DNA of 64,000 bases from Strigamia acuminata (Eukaryota), in contig OX442314.1 of the NCBI GenBank assembly GCA_949358305.1, positions 1,736,001-1,800,000 of the forward strand, given 5' to 3'. Under the pieces are notes generated by a model, which saw nothing but the letters and a program-made list of their open reading frames with translations, made no database searches and was not told the DNA's origin. Of the stretch, positions 1-12,920 are shown one piece after another (position 1 is the stretch's first letter; each line of letters opens with the position of its first letter). A program made the translations under genes and the position numbers.

Positions 1-691
1 ACTAAGCGCACCCGGTTTGCATTCCCGTGATGCGCCTCCAGATACGCGAGGATTTCTTCCCGGCTCTTGTTCGGGACGAATCTGCTCACGACCTCAACAT
101 CGTTGATCAAATCGTTGAACTTATCCGGTTGGTATTCTTCCGGGATGTGCAACGGCGCTTGTTCGGGTTGCTTTAACCGTTCGGCGATCAAACGATCGAT
201 GACGATGTTTCTTCTGTTGGGATTCGCACTCAAGGTTTCAACCATCGCGTAAACTTCGTTCCGATCCACCAAGAAATCCGGGTGGAGCACTCGAAGCCTG
301 TTAATGATATTAGTCACTTCCTACACAAATTATATTCATTTTAATTATTTTGATTGATAATTGGGATTAATTTACGACGAAATACTTCTGTGATGTCGAT
401 TTCAGCTTCTGGCGCGGGCGCAACGGCGATCATCCCGGGAATGTACGGAATGTCGTCTTCGTCGTCGTTTTCGTCGTCGTCGTCACTGTCATCGTCGGGA
501 ATGTACGGACGATTAGCAATGGTGTCGTCGTCGTAGTCGTTGTCTTCAACTGCATGCTGTGGCGCGGGCGCAACGGCGATCATGCCGGGCATGTACGGAA
601 AGTCGTGTTCGTCGTCTTCGTCGTCACTGTCATCGTCGTCTTCGCCATCGTCGCTGTTCTGACGGGATTTACAAAATTTAACTTTTTTCAT
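1..691 (-). CDS. RNF216: 5' part of an RNF216-like RBR E3 ligase paralog (exon 1 691-386, exon 2 320-<1; runs off the window)
   Basis: Acidic exon 1 (MKKVKF...PYIPGMIAVAPAP...DITE), GT..AG intron 385-321, in-frame exon 2 EVTNIINRL...NDVEVVSRFVPNKSREEILAYLEAHHGNANRVRL. Homologous to 32673-33110 and to the 5' end of the RBR gene at 58275-54382. Confidence 0.7.
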
Positions 692-3158
692 CGTTTTTCA
701 TTCTTAAATTACGAAATCAGATGGCTTTTCTGTTGATATTCATAACTGTTCCACTCTGTCAAAAGATACGGGAAGTTAGAACGGGTTTTGCCCGAATTAA
801 TCGTACGTTCACCTGGAAATTTGATGCGATCAATTTCGAGTTGTTAAATAAAAGAGGGAGGTCAAAAAGTCAAAAAAGTCAAAAAAACATTTGTGGCAAG
901 AAGAACCCGGAATAGGCTTTCAGGCCTACATTTGGAAATCGAAGCCAAAAGTTGTGAGATGACCGTTGTTCTGTTTGTTTTGGTTTAAACAAAACAAAAT
1001 ATCGTTATCATCCTTTATTATTATATTAGTTGCAAAATTATTGTTATTATTTTCATTATTATTATTATTCGTGGAACGATTTCACGGATTTTGAGAATCG
1101 ACTCATTTTTATTCGAGCACAACATTTTGGATCTCCCGAGTTTAAACATATTTCACAACAATTGTTACGATCATCTGACCTCAGGTTTATTAAACACACT
1201 GCTGATTCATTTTGAATCGTTTTTATACAGGACGGAATAATACATTTGAAATAAGTTACAAACGGAAGCAAAAATAAAAAATTGTAGGTCAGAAAAATTT
1301 AAATTTAAGCAAAAATAAAAATTTTTAGGCCAAAAAACTCAACTTCAGCCAAAAACAACAAAACATTTTGGCCAAATGACTCACTAAATTTTGAGCCCTT
1401 ATACGAGTAACTCAATTTAAGGCCAAAAAAATCACTTTTAGGCAAAAAAAACTCACTTTTAGGCAAAAACATCAAAGTTTTAATTTAAAAAAAATTCAAT
1501 TTTTTGTAATAAAAACCAATTTTAATAAGAAAAAAATTGACCAGGTTTGGATGCTAGAAATTTTTTTTTTATGTCAATAATATATTGGACAAATAATAAA
1601 TTGAAAAATTCTATTAATTATTAATTAGAATTTACTCGCATATTAAAAATAACCTTGCCTTCTTGCCTCGTGTCAAATATAGTTTAATTGCATTTTTCTT
1701 ATTGTTATTCAGCAATCGAATTATTTTAATTAATTAAAATGTTAAAATTTATTGTCTCTCATGAAATCAATTGAATACAAGCAATTAAACTAAACCCGCA
1801 TACAAAAACGATTTGACGTGAGTGATGGAGGGACACCTGATTCAAATTGTTCATCGATATGGAAGACAGAAGCTCCATTACGCCTTTTTTTTGAGGGCTT
1901 TGGAGACCCATACATCCAATTTAGAAATGTTTCCTGAGATATAGACGGTCTCAAATCTGTTTAGTTTTTAATTTTATCTCATTCTGTTCACAAGTTATGA
2001 GAAATATTGTAAATAGTCACTTTTTGGAGTTTTTAATTTTTTTCTCTTCAACTATTCATTATTTTTCAAAAAACTTTTAACGAAATGATAGCTCTAACAA
2101 TCCTTTAAATCCTCCTAAAACCATTTTTACTTATGAAAAATAGTTTCTGAGAAATTTCAAATATTAAAAGTTCCAAAAATAGGAATATGACATTTTTTTG
2201 GCAAGGAGTTGTATACTGCATGCAGTGGCAATACGAACAGATCAAGTGCCGCAAATCCATTAATCGCAACTTCAAACTGTAAGTACAGAAAGCTAAAGCA
2301 ATCGACCAAAAGCAATCACCAAAGCATATAATTTATGAGTGTATGAGTAGTGTGTTCCGCCTTTCTTAAATGCAGGGAAAACGGTTTCAATCATAAAACC
2401 CCATAAATAGTTGAGAACAAAAACAAATATTAATTTTGTTTTTGATGTTGGTTTATTACTGCTTTTATGACAAAATGAATAATTCATCAAGTCTTTTTTA
2501 ATCTAATTCAGTAATGTTTGTTTTTATGTCAACTATGCACACTTTAATCAAAAAATATATTGATTAGGTACGCCCAAGCACGAAAAATTATTGCTTTCAT
2601 TTCAGTAGGTAAAATTGTTCTCACCAGAGGCGTGGCAATGTAAATCTATTGAGTTTCAGTGGCGCCAGACAGCTCAACTTGTTCTCTCCTGACTGAATCA
2701 ATGGTGAGCAAACTCAAAAATGTTAAAAGGGCGTAAATTTATTTTTCTCACAGAAGAAAATCAATCAAAAACTCATCAGCTTAAAAGAAAGTGAAAAGAG
2801 AAGTAATATTTTATATTTTAATTCATTAAAATCTGTTTTAGTTGTTTTCCCATGTCAATGCCAACCGTGCTCCGAGAAAAGCGAGCAAAACTCGTTCATT
2901 TATTCATTAGCACCGGCGACACAATTCACGAATATCTTCGGAAAGCCATGAATGATAAAAAATAATTTTCTTTAATTTAGTGTTTTGATACGTCTTTATA
3001 ATGAATGAATTCGAACAGACCAAGCACATTTGAAACTGTAAGTGCAGAAAAAAAACATTACAATTGTTAGTTTAAACATTTAAGCAAGCTTGTCAGATAG
3101 TCCTACCCTACAGACGGAATAGACGAACCTAAAAGGGGAGAAAGAGAGGTCTGAGTGG

Positions 3159-3828
3159 TGTAGTGAGGGATAATTCTAGAGTAACGGCTGGCGATCGGGG
3201 ACTCCTCAGTCAGGAGTGACTAATGCTGTTTCTTGGGTTTTTTCTTAACAAGGGGGCCAGCGCCCCCCTCTGCAAACCTCACTTTAACTGTTTTTTTTTA
3301 ATGCGATGGGGAATTGGGCATTTTAGTCACGGTATGGTTAGCATGCTTAGTCATTCCTGGTTTGTGTCTGTAATTTCATTGGTCCAGAGTCTCTTGTCAC
3401 CAGGCACTTCTTAATTCTAGTAGTTGAGTTTCAAACGTCAGGGACCGTCTCCCTGTTGAGAGTGTTCATCACTGTGATACCCAGTAACCTGGTTCAGACC
3501 GAGTTGCAGCCTACATAAGTGTTCAAGTAAGTGTGATGAGAACAGATAAGAGTAACCGACCGCACCGTACTTGGGACATATGAGTGTTGTCTGTTGGTCT
3601 TGTGTGCAACAGACCAGTTGCTAAGTGGCATCTCCCTTTGGGCAGTGTTAGCACAGAAGCAAACCCCTAGACCTAGAGTAGATCAGTGCTCCTCATTTTG
3701 GAATTAGATACAACCAGACAGTTACATCACATTTTGAGAATTGAGCTTGTAGTAAAGCTATTCCTCTAATCTTTGACCCTGTCCTTAGTTGAAATCCACC
3801 TTTACTGTTCGAGGACTGAATTTTACCA
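3159..3828 (+). mobile_element. Possible LTR remnant just upstream of DEG/ENaC gene A
   Basis: Purine tract AAAAGGGGAGAAAGAGAGG shortly before TGTAGTG; non-coding and GC-richer than flanks; AGTAAA near a CA end. No second LTR or TSD seen; ends uncertain. Confidence 0.3.
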
Positions 3829-3956
3829 AATCTCCTGCCAGAAATACTTCATTGTTTATCAATTTTATGTAACACCCGTCATCAGATACATTCAAAGTTT
3901 AAATTCATTCAGTTCTGCGTGTTATTCTTTAAACAGCTAAAACGGAAGACAAAAAT

Positions 3957-6900
3957 ATGCGTGTGTTTCACCCATTAGGCCGAATTCAACAACTAAGGAG
4001 GAGAAGACTGCAACACATTGTTGTCACTGTCATAAAAGAAGAATCGGAGATACCACCATTTGCCAAATCTCTGAAAAACATTTCAAAAAAGAAAAAATTT
4101 AATTATTATCTGTTTTTCGCATTACTTATTATCAATTTGGCAGTTTGCATTTACCAAACTGTAGATCGGATATTGTATTACATGGATGAACCGACAACAG
4201 TCAATGCGGATTTCATTGAAACAGTGCATGGCATTTTCCCGTATGTTTACTTTTTCCCATACACAACTCAAGAATTTAATAATTTTGGAGTAAAAGTGAG
4301 TGGCAGAAAACAAGATCTTGAAAGCTGTGATGGTAGGAGTATAGCCGAGAGAAGATATGCCGATACAAATAATTTTAAATACCAGTATAATCTACTTGAT
4401 GTTTTCAAATACATGAGTATACCGAGTTACATAACTGATGCACACTTCAAAATGGTAAAGCTCTATCTATTTCTTGTTCTTAGTTTAATAAATGAGCAAT
4501 CCTATTTCAGGGAAAATTGCGCATTAATCTAACAATTCAAAATTACGATAGTTTTGTACAAGCTACTGCTCAAGTTTCAAGTCGTACGTAAAAAAAAATG
4601 CATTCACGATTTTTATTTCTAAATCCTTTATTGTTGATTAGTATTGCAGCTCCCATATGGATATTCTGATTACAAGATGGTAATCAAACTAAAATTCCCA
4701 GCAAAATGCAAAATGGTTAATGTATGTTTACAATGTTGCCGAAGTTACAAAATTTGTGTAGGGCCATAACTGTTAGACTTGTTCTTAAAATTTTCAGGTA
4801 AAAATAAATCCTTCACCGGTCTACTATTATGCAGCTGGTTTTATTGAAGGAGTGCAATTGTTACTGAATGCAAAAAACATTGCAACCATTCATAGAGATA
4901 GAGAAAATTTGAGAGCAACTAGACATAGTGCTACAACTAATTTGGAAAAAGTAAGATGCATGTGCAAGGAATTTGAAATGCGTCGCAGGATCTTATTTTA
5001 ACTTTTTGGGGTCCCTAACATACGTTTTAAAAAATTAAATCTAAATTTCGTACTTGTAGAGTCACGGATTATTTATTTTAATTTGCTAAAATTATGGGGG
5101 CGTATCCTTTTGACACCTGGCCCAATTCTTCTGTCTTTTCAAATACACGGGCAAACGTTGATGGGTAGTTGCAAAAACGGTACGCCAGCCGCAGTTTCTG
5201 CACCCAAATCAATACTACCACACGTCAAATTAAAGGGATCCTTTTGGACACAGATATAAATACTGTTCCAGATTTTCTTGAAATTAAATATCACACAAAG
5301 GAATTCATTTGAAACTTAACAAATTTACTTTCAGTATCACTTTCTCCGCACGAAGAGAAATCCTTGCGATAACAATTTACATGGCTGTTTGCTCCCTTGT
5401 TTCATGAAGAATGTTACTTGCAGGTAAATTTGTATATGCTTAAACAAGCTAAACATGAAAATATAATTGCAGTCATAAAAATAGTGTTCAAGTTAGCTTT
5501 GAAATGAATGTTTTTGTTTTGACGACCAGAAACAAGTGAAACCTACGATGTTTCAGGGATATTTTGAAAGCTTTATATTGACCATCTGTTCAATCAGTTA
5601 TGGTGTTCACAGTTGTGATACACAACACCACAATGAACAAAAACTTCCCATCTGTTTAACTGTTTTAAGTTTGTTCAACCATTGAGATTCACTATATCAT
5701 ACTAAAGTCATTTGATAACTTTAGTTCCTTTTACATTATGATGCATTAAACATCATAATTGAAAGAAGTAAAACAGTTGACCACACTTTCCAGAATCCAG
5801 AGTTCAATTTTTTTCTCCATGTTGCTTCAGTTATTTAGCCTAACTGTTTTAATTGCTTGCTGTGCATCAGCTACCTATTCATTCTAAAGAAACATGAATA
5901 AAATGTACTGTATCTCAGGTTTCCATTTTACGATGCAAGAAGCCTACCAGAATGCGAGAATAATGAACTAAAGCGTCAACGTGAAAAGTGGATGAAATCA
6001 ATTAAAAATGATAATGAGGATGCAATAGAACTGTGCAAATGTCCTCATTTATGCCATGTGACAGAAGTGAGCACATCCTTCGATACAATACCCTATTCTG
6101 AGAATATCCTCGATGTTTCTCTTCTGAATAAGTTCGTTCGTACATTGCAAGAACAATTTTTTTACGACATAATCTCTCTGCTATGCGACATTGGCGGAAA
6201 CATCGGACTCTACTTCGGAATGTCTTGTTTGACACTCGTCGAAATATTTGTTCACTGCTACAAAATGCCTTCTTTAATGTTCAGAAAAAAAAATAAATCA
6301 AATTCAGAGTTAAAAGGAAAAATTCAAGCAATTCTAGAAATTAATAAGAAAACGCACAAGCGAAGCAAACTGATAAAGATTGTGCTACTATTTCTGATTT
6401 TCACATCGATTTACCAAGTTTATGCTTCAATTGATCATTACTTTGATTATCCAATCATCAAATCAGTTATTCTGGCTAGAGACAAAATCATTCAGTTTCC
6501 ACGAATTGTACATTGCCGAGAATCTGAAGAAATAGTAAAAGTCAAGGAAAATGTAAGTGAACAACTACACTATGATGTTCGCCATTACAAGCTTTATTAC
6601 TTACTCCATTCATCGTCGAAATTCGCAAACAATTCTCTGGAATTATGGAAGGCCTCTTCTAATTTAGAACGCCATTATACCGAACTCCAAGTAAGTAACA
6701 AGATTGATTTTCCTTTAAATGCATTCATTGCTCAATTTCACATTTTTAAACAAATAGCTATTTTTATAGATGTTCCATAAACTTGGTAAATCTTTTGATG
6801 TTGTGCTTTACGGCAATGTGTCAGCTGTGTCAACCGTATTTGGAAACTGCACTGAATTTAAAAAAAGTAAGGTAAATACAAAACAAATTATTGTTTTCTC

Positions 6901-7734
6901 ACTTTTAAATGTTTACAGTTGATCTGCCTTATTCTCCGCACAAGAACCATTTAATTGTAACCTATTCCTTTCGTAACATTTTCAAATGGAATGTGAACCA
7001 ACCAGTGAGATCTTCCGATATTTTTATTTCATTCAGTTGATTATTTGGATTGCATTCATTCTAGAACTTCATTCTACCACAGAACCAATATCTTCACCCG
7101 AAATATATTGTTTACACACCCAGTATGGGTTTTGTTCAAATTTACATTTCTCGTAAAACGGTAATGTTTGTACTAAAAAATTCACTATGGTATTTGCAAG
7201 TTTATCCCTTTTAGCTGGTTCGAATAAACACTCCGAAAAACCCTTGTGCAGCAAATGATCGAGTATCAGAATGTGAAGAAAAATGTTTTGCAGGGAAGCT
7301 ACAGCTACAACCTTTCAAGTGCAAGTGTGTTTTCAATGCATTGGTTTGCATATTAGACAATTTGACTGGTAATCACAGTTTGTTTTACTATTAGATTGCC
7401 ATTTATGGAAACGAGTAAGATACCTTTGTGCATGACCACTGAAACGGCCGAAAAAACTGTTAACATGTATTTGGAGGCTCAATTCACGACAGATCCACGC
7501 AAAGACTGTGACTGTCCAGCTCGCTGTGAACAAACAATATTCCTATCTTCAGTACAACAGGAAATGAATAGGAAGTTCCTCAGCAGAAATACATTCACGA
7601 TTTACAGCAACATTCGAGAAATAATTGCAGAAGAGAAACAACTTTCCATTGTCAAATTGTTTTGTCAAATGGGATCAATCATTGGAATTTTTACCGGTCT
7701 ATCAATATTTGCACTCGTCGAATATTTCATATGA
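3957..7734 (+). CDS. Tandem double-domain DEG/ENaC (pickpocket/ASIC-like) channel, gene A, ~797 aa
   Basis: Exons 3957-4454, 4511-4583, 4642-4721, 4798-4950, 5335-5423, 5919-6690, 6770-6866, 6919-7004, 7065-7160, 7215-7324, 7395-7734; all GT-AG, 2394 nt, no stops. Two TM1 (RILYYMDEP; SIDHYFDYP), two Cys-rich thumbs (CKCPHLC; CDCPARC), two TM2/filters (LLCDIGGNIGLYFGMS; LFCQMGSIIGIFTGLS). Confidence 0.9.
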
Positions 7735-7858
7735 TTGCAAAGCAATGAAATAATTCGTAGAACAAATACTTTTTTTTCACTCTTTCAACTGAATCCTTCA
7801 CCTCATAATGCACAAGTTCTTCTTTTTAATTAATTGAACATAGGAAAATTATGACGTA

Positions 7859-8187
7859 ATGCAGTTTTTGGCCCCACCCACAAAAAGAAACCTACAAATT
7901 ATTAAGAGCACTACCAAACAATATTTGACGACTCAATTCAAGACAGATCCCCAGAAAGACTGCAAATGTGCGGCACGCTGCAAAGAAACAATATTCGTAC
8001 CTCTATTTATTCAACTAAGAAAAGGGACAGGCAATTTGATAACATACGGTATTGACAGCAACATACGAGAAGTAATAGAAGAACAGAAAGTAATTTCATT
8101 AGTCAAATTATTTTGTCAAATCGGATCAATTTTTAGTATTTTGAACCAGTCTCTCAATATTTTCACTCGTTGAATATTTCATTTGAA
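7859..8187 (+). pseudogene. Degenerate tandem duplicate of the last exon of DEG/ENaC gene A
   Basis: TQFKTDPQKDCKCAARCKETIF...SLVKLFCQIGSIF versus AQFTTDPRKDCDCPARCEQTIF...SIVKLFCQMGSII. A 1-nt insertion near 8143 shifts the TM2; the shifted frame reads TSLSIFSLVEYFI*. Confidence 0.8.
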
Positions 8188-10545
8188 TTAAAAGTCAACA
8201 AAACCACTCTTCAACTATTCAATGTATTTCTGTACAAGTAATTCTATTATTTCACTTCTCACAAACATTGTGTTTGTGTCTTGTAAAAGTATAGAATAAA
8301 TATATAAACGTATAGGCCAGCCCCATTTAATGCATGTTACATGTGTAGCTGAGTATCAGTAACAAATAACTTACATAGTCTAAGCACATTTAACACCAGC
8401 TGCATTCGTAATGTAATTTTAAACTTAGTGTTGATTTTAATGTCAAAAACTGAAATGTATTTCATCTCGAATGTACTAAATTATAAAATAAATTCTTGTT
8501 GTTTCATCTTAAGTATTAGTTTGAGGTTACTGAAGCATCTGAAAGACCCAAACTGAGGACATCTCAAGAACAAGAACCCAAACGAGAAATATCTTAATTG
8601 TAAAAATGAAATAAACCATTTTAATATGAAAATAAACTTAATGACAAACAAGACACAAGATGTTAGAAGTCTTATTTTCTTATTTCCAAATTAATAACAA
8701 TTAAGCAACAAAATATTTGTAAGCAATTTCAATATTTCTAGTGTCAGTTTCTTTCAAAATGCAATTTGTATCATTTGTCACCAGTGACCATTAGTTCGTG
8801 AATTAAATTCATCAACACGTTCACCATGCCTGACATGTTTCATTGGCAAAAATTGACCAACATTTTGAGAATTTATACCAAAATTGGTCGTAATTTAAAA
8901 AATTTAACTGAATTTCTAGAAAAATTGGAAAAATAATTACCAAAAATTTCAGATAAGTTCAAGTTCAGGTACTTGAATAGTTTGTGTGTGAACAGCTTAC
9001 AGCGAACATGAGCTTCAACACGTTCCCAATTCCATGAACGAGTTGCAACACTGCTTCTTACACACTAACAAGCAAGTGACCATTCATCACAAACAATGTG
9101 AGTAAATTTGGCAAAACAATGGAATCACCCAAACGCCCACTCTGTTCCCATCGTTCCACAACACAATTTCGCCCACCAGGAATTGTAAAAGTGTAGAAAA
9201 TAAAAAGAAAAAGAAACTTACCGGTACTTACCTCATTAAATTACTGAAATCTGCCAGCCTGCGCATAAACTCCACAACGGTCGATAAGAAGAGGAAGTTT
9301 ATAATGTCATTGTCTCTATCTTGGATCTAGCCACTTTATCACATCACCAGACGATGTGCTCAATAATTCACATAATCAACTAAAAAAAAGAAAAAAACAA
9401 TCAATTAATCAATCAATCAATTAGCAACAAATCACTGACCATCACCAACTATAAAAAGCAAAAAATCCCAACTGAGTCAAATGACGTTTAATTTTGGCTG
9501 ATTGGGTAGGATCGGGCGTTGATTTGAAGAATGTAGCGCACTCTTCAAACTGATGCGATTTGTTTTACGTACAAAACAACTCTCGATAAAACTGTGCTCG
9601 CTAGAACCAGACACCAGATTTCTAGCTAGGCTTTTTGGTTTGTTGTGGCCACTCAGGCTGGGTCGAATGACAGTGGCCGAGCGCGACGAGTGTTGCACGA
9701 ATGTCCGAGTTTACTTCGAGAGCTCTCGAGATCGAAACCCGGGCTACGTCCGTCAATTCTTTGAACAGAAACTTTCGGTAGTCTCTGAAAACAGTGCTTG
9801 ATCCGAATCGCAAGTTGTTGACGAACAGTGCCATCGTTTTTACATTTCTATACCACGTTCGCTTCTCGAGAAACGACGCCATTAAAGGCCAATTCGAGTT
9901 TACGGAAGAGTATCGGCGACATGTCGCACTTTTATTTTAACTTGATAAAATATCTCTGATAATTTTTATCGTTTAATTTGATTCGATTTAATCTTTTTAA
10001 ATAATAAAATATTTAAAAAAAACTATCAAACAGATTTGATTTATCAAACCATATTTTATCAAATATCCTTAATAGGCCTCCGTATATTTCAACGAGGCAT
10101 TCAATGCAAATGATGATGAAATTCGTTACGAGATGTCTCTCCCGCATCGTTTCTTCCCGTTCATTGGTCACTGAAGCGAATCGCTTACCGGTAATAAATA
10201 TGAAAATATGAAAATAAATCATTCATTGCTAGATTTGAAAAATATACTACCAGTTTGTCACGTTTCGCCAACTTATTAAATGGACAAGGGATAGATTACG
10301 AAAATGTCACGTCAGTGGCATGATTTAAAAAAATTCTCAAATTTATTAAAACTTTTTGACAAAAATTGGAGATAAATTTGTACGAGTTGCAAAAATTAAT
10401 TTTTTTTAAACAAATTGGGAAAATTAAATTTCACATCGCTTATTTCGACAAATTCGAGAATTTTTTAAAAAAAAATATGCAATTATTTCCTGTATTGTGA
10501 TTGGACTGCAGCGTTACTACGACTCGCTTCTGTTGCTATGCACTA

Positions 10546-10559
10546 GTTTCTATGGCAGC
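10546..10559. promoter_or_regulatory. RFX X-box-like motif in the zinc-finger gene promoter (GTTTCTATGGCAGC)
   Basis: Matches GTTnCyATGGnAAC with one change; inverted CCAAT (GATTGG) upstream. Better copies at 34394-34407 and 52187-52200. Confidence 0.4.
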
Positions 10560-10934
10560 CGCCGTTATCTTTGGCTTTTTCAAGTTTGATGTAGCGCACT
10601 TTTCGCTCACGCACGATTAAACGCATTTTTATTTCGTTTGAAAGGTGTCGAAGTTGCTAAACACTACAAAAATGGTAGCAGACGATTGCTAAAGGTAAAT
10701 GGAGTCTATAAATTTTCTTTTTGAGCAATAATCTAAATTTTTTTTATTCCATTTTCGTGCATCGAACGTTAGGCCTAACTCATGGAATTGAATTCGATCT
10801 TTGCCCACCAGAACTCCTTTCGACTGCATTCTTTTTGATCAGGTAAACCACTGACTTGACAAAATATTTGTACATTATTTAAAGATTAGGATGGACTGAC
10901 CCATGGTGATTATATGGATGAAACCACCAGAGTA

Positions 10935-11210
10935 CACTCGATAAACTGTGTGTGTTGTATTTGTAGTGGGTGTTTCGTCAACTCAAGGATAAATTTAGTT
11001 GATTAAACAAAGGATTTTGGTTGTCAATAAAACTATTTTGTACAGAATAAAAACATGTTTAGTCATTTTCTGCAAATTTCAACCAACAAAATACGTGCAG
11101 CAAAATAATTTTGTCTGGTAACTTAGTAGTTGGTTGTCACCTATTTTAATAACAATTTTGGTTGCAACAAATTTAATAATAGCTGTCAAGGCAAAACGTT
11201 TTTTAGAGTG
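10935..11210. mobile_element. Small TA-flanked MITE-like insertion (CACTC...GAGTG)
   Basis: Short inverted termini flanked by TA on both sides, in the zinc-finger 5' intron. Confidence 0.35.
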
Positions 11211-11364
11211 TAATGATTTGCAATCGTAGGATGCGTTTTTCCTGTTCAGAGTATTATTAAAGGACTGCCCAATTAACTTACAAGGTTACATATTTCAACT
11301 TAATTAATTGTTATTTTTTAAATTTCAGAATCATTAGCTTATTGTTACTTTACTGAAGTAAAAA

Positions 11365-12081
11365 ATGGAGAGAAAACGCCAGGATTATTGTTGCAATCGG
11401 TGCGACTATTCGTGTTCATACATTTATCTAATGAACCGGCACATGCTTAAACACACTGGTGAAAAGCCTTTCAAATGTCAAATGTGTTCACTTTCATTTC
11501 GACTTAAAGCAAAGATGACTGTCCACATGCGAATTCACACCGGAGAAAAACCATTCAAGTGCCATTTGTGTGATTATTGTTCGAGTTATAGTGAACATTT
11601 AAAAAGACATCTATTAACCCATTCAGGAGAAAAGCCATTCAAGTGCCATTTGTGTGATTATTCCAGTGTTCAAAGTGGGAATTTAAAAAGTCATCTATTA
11701 ACCCATTCAGGAGAAAAACCATTCAAGTGCCATTTGTGTGATTATTCTTGCAATCGAAATGGAGATTTAAAAACACATCAATTAACCCACACAGGAGAAA
11801 AACCATTTAAGTGCCATTTGTGTACTTATAGTTGCAATCGAAATGGAGATTTAAAAAGACATCTATTAACCCATTCAGGAGAAAAAGCATTCAAGTGCTA
11901 TTTTTGTGATTATTCTTGCAATCGAAATGGAGATTTAAAAAGACATCTATTAACCCACACTGGAGAAAAACCATTCAAGTGTCATTTGTGTACTTATTGT
12001 TGCAATCGAAATGGAGATTTAAAGAGACATCTATTAACGCATTCAGGAGAAAACCCATTCAAGTGCCATTTATTTGTGTGA
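11365..12081 (+). CDS. Tandem C2H2 zinc-finger protein (8 complete fingers, 9th frameshifted)
   Basis: Repeated CxxC-x12-HxxxH with TGEKPF linkers. A 4-nt insertion near 12070 breaks finger 9, which continues CDYSCNHSGSLKSHQL in another frame to a stop at ~12154. Splice acceptor at 11328. Confidence 0.9.
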   Translation: MERKRQDYCCNRCDYSCSYIYLMNRHMLKHTGEKPFKCQMCSLSFRLKAKMTVHMRIHTGEKPFKCHLCDYCSSYSEHLKRHLLTHSGEKPFKCHLCDYSSVQSGNLKSHLLTHSGEKPFKCHLCDYSCNRNGDLKTHQLTHTGEKPFKCHLCTYSCNRNGDLKRHLLTHSGEKAFKCYFCDYSCNRNGDLKRHLLTHTGEKPFKCHLCTYCCNRNGDLKRHLLTHSGENPFKCHLFV

Positions 12082-12920
12082 TTATTCTTGCAATCATAGT
12101 GGGAGTTTAAAAAGTCATCAATTAACCAACACTGGAAAAAAACCATTCAAGTGATCACCTGAAAAAATATTTAACTAACCTATAGAGATTAAAAAGTTTT
12201 GCATTGTTATTGTTTATAATTCTTACACTCAAAATGGTTGCTTTTATTTGGTTTGTTTTAATTTGGATTTTAAAAAAAGATTGGTGCTTTTTTCTATTTT
12301 AATTGAAAAGTTCAGATAACATAGTTATTAAATTGTACTCCGTAATTGTTCTCGCTTGTATCCATGTTTAAAATGTGCAGAAAACATTTAAAACCTGTAT
12401 AAAATACTTGAGAAAACTTACATTTGTGACAATAGTCGACATTGCGCGTAAATCTGGAAATTTGTTCAAGCCCATTAAACAAAATTAATTATTTTTTGTT
12501 TATTCCAAGTTATGTGTTTTTATGTTTTTTAAAGTTACATTTTGTCTTTAATCATTTTAAAAAAAGATTTTCTCATTTTTCTCTATTTGTTAATTAATTT
12601 TTCCATTTGTCTTGATCTGAATCACATATTGCTATTTCTCTTCATAAACCACATTTTGCTTTTTTTCTCGTTTTTAATCACATTTTGTTGTTCCTCCTTT
12701 TTTTTGGCAAAGCATTTTTTTTATTCAAAGGTGCAGTTTCTTTATTTTTGCCAATGCAACTTTTTTTTTCGTTTATAATTGTACTTATTTTATGTAATGT
12801 TTGTTGTTTTTATGGAGCAGAAATAAATGGTGTAATCATATAAACCATAATTTGTTTTTGTCTACACTTGGCTACGGTATTAGTAATTAAATAAAAGTCA
12901 TAACCGACTTTAATTTGCCT

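Noticed and set aside
9230..9900. Protein-coding gene on the minus strand
   Set aside because: Short overlapping ORFs with no recognisable domain; only a ~130-bp match to the region upstream of the CMTR1 pseudogene.
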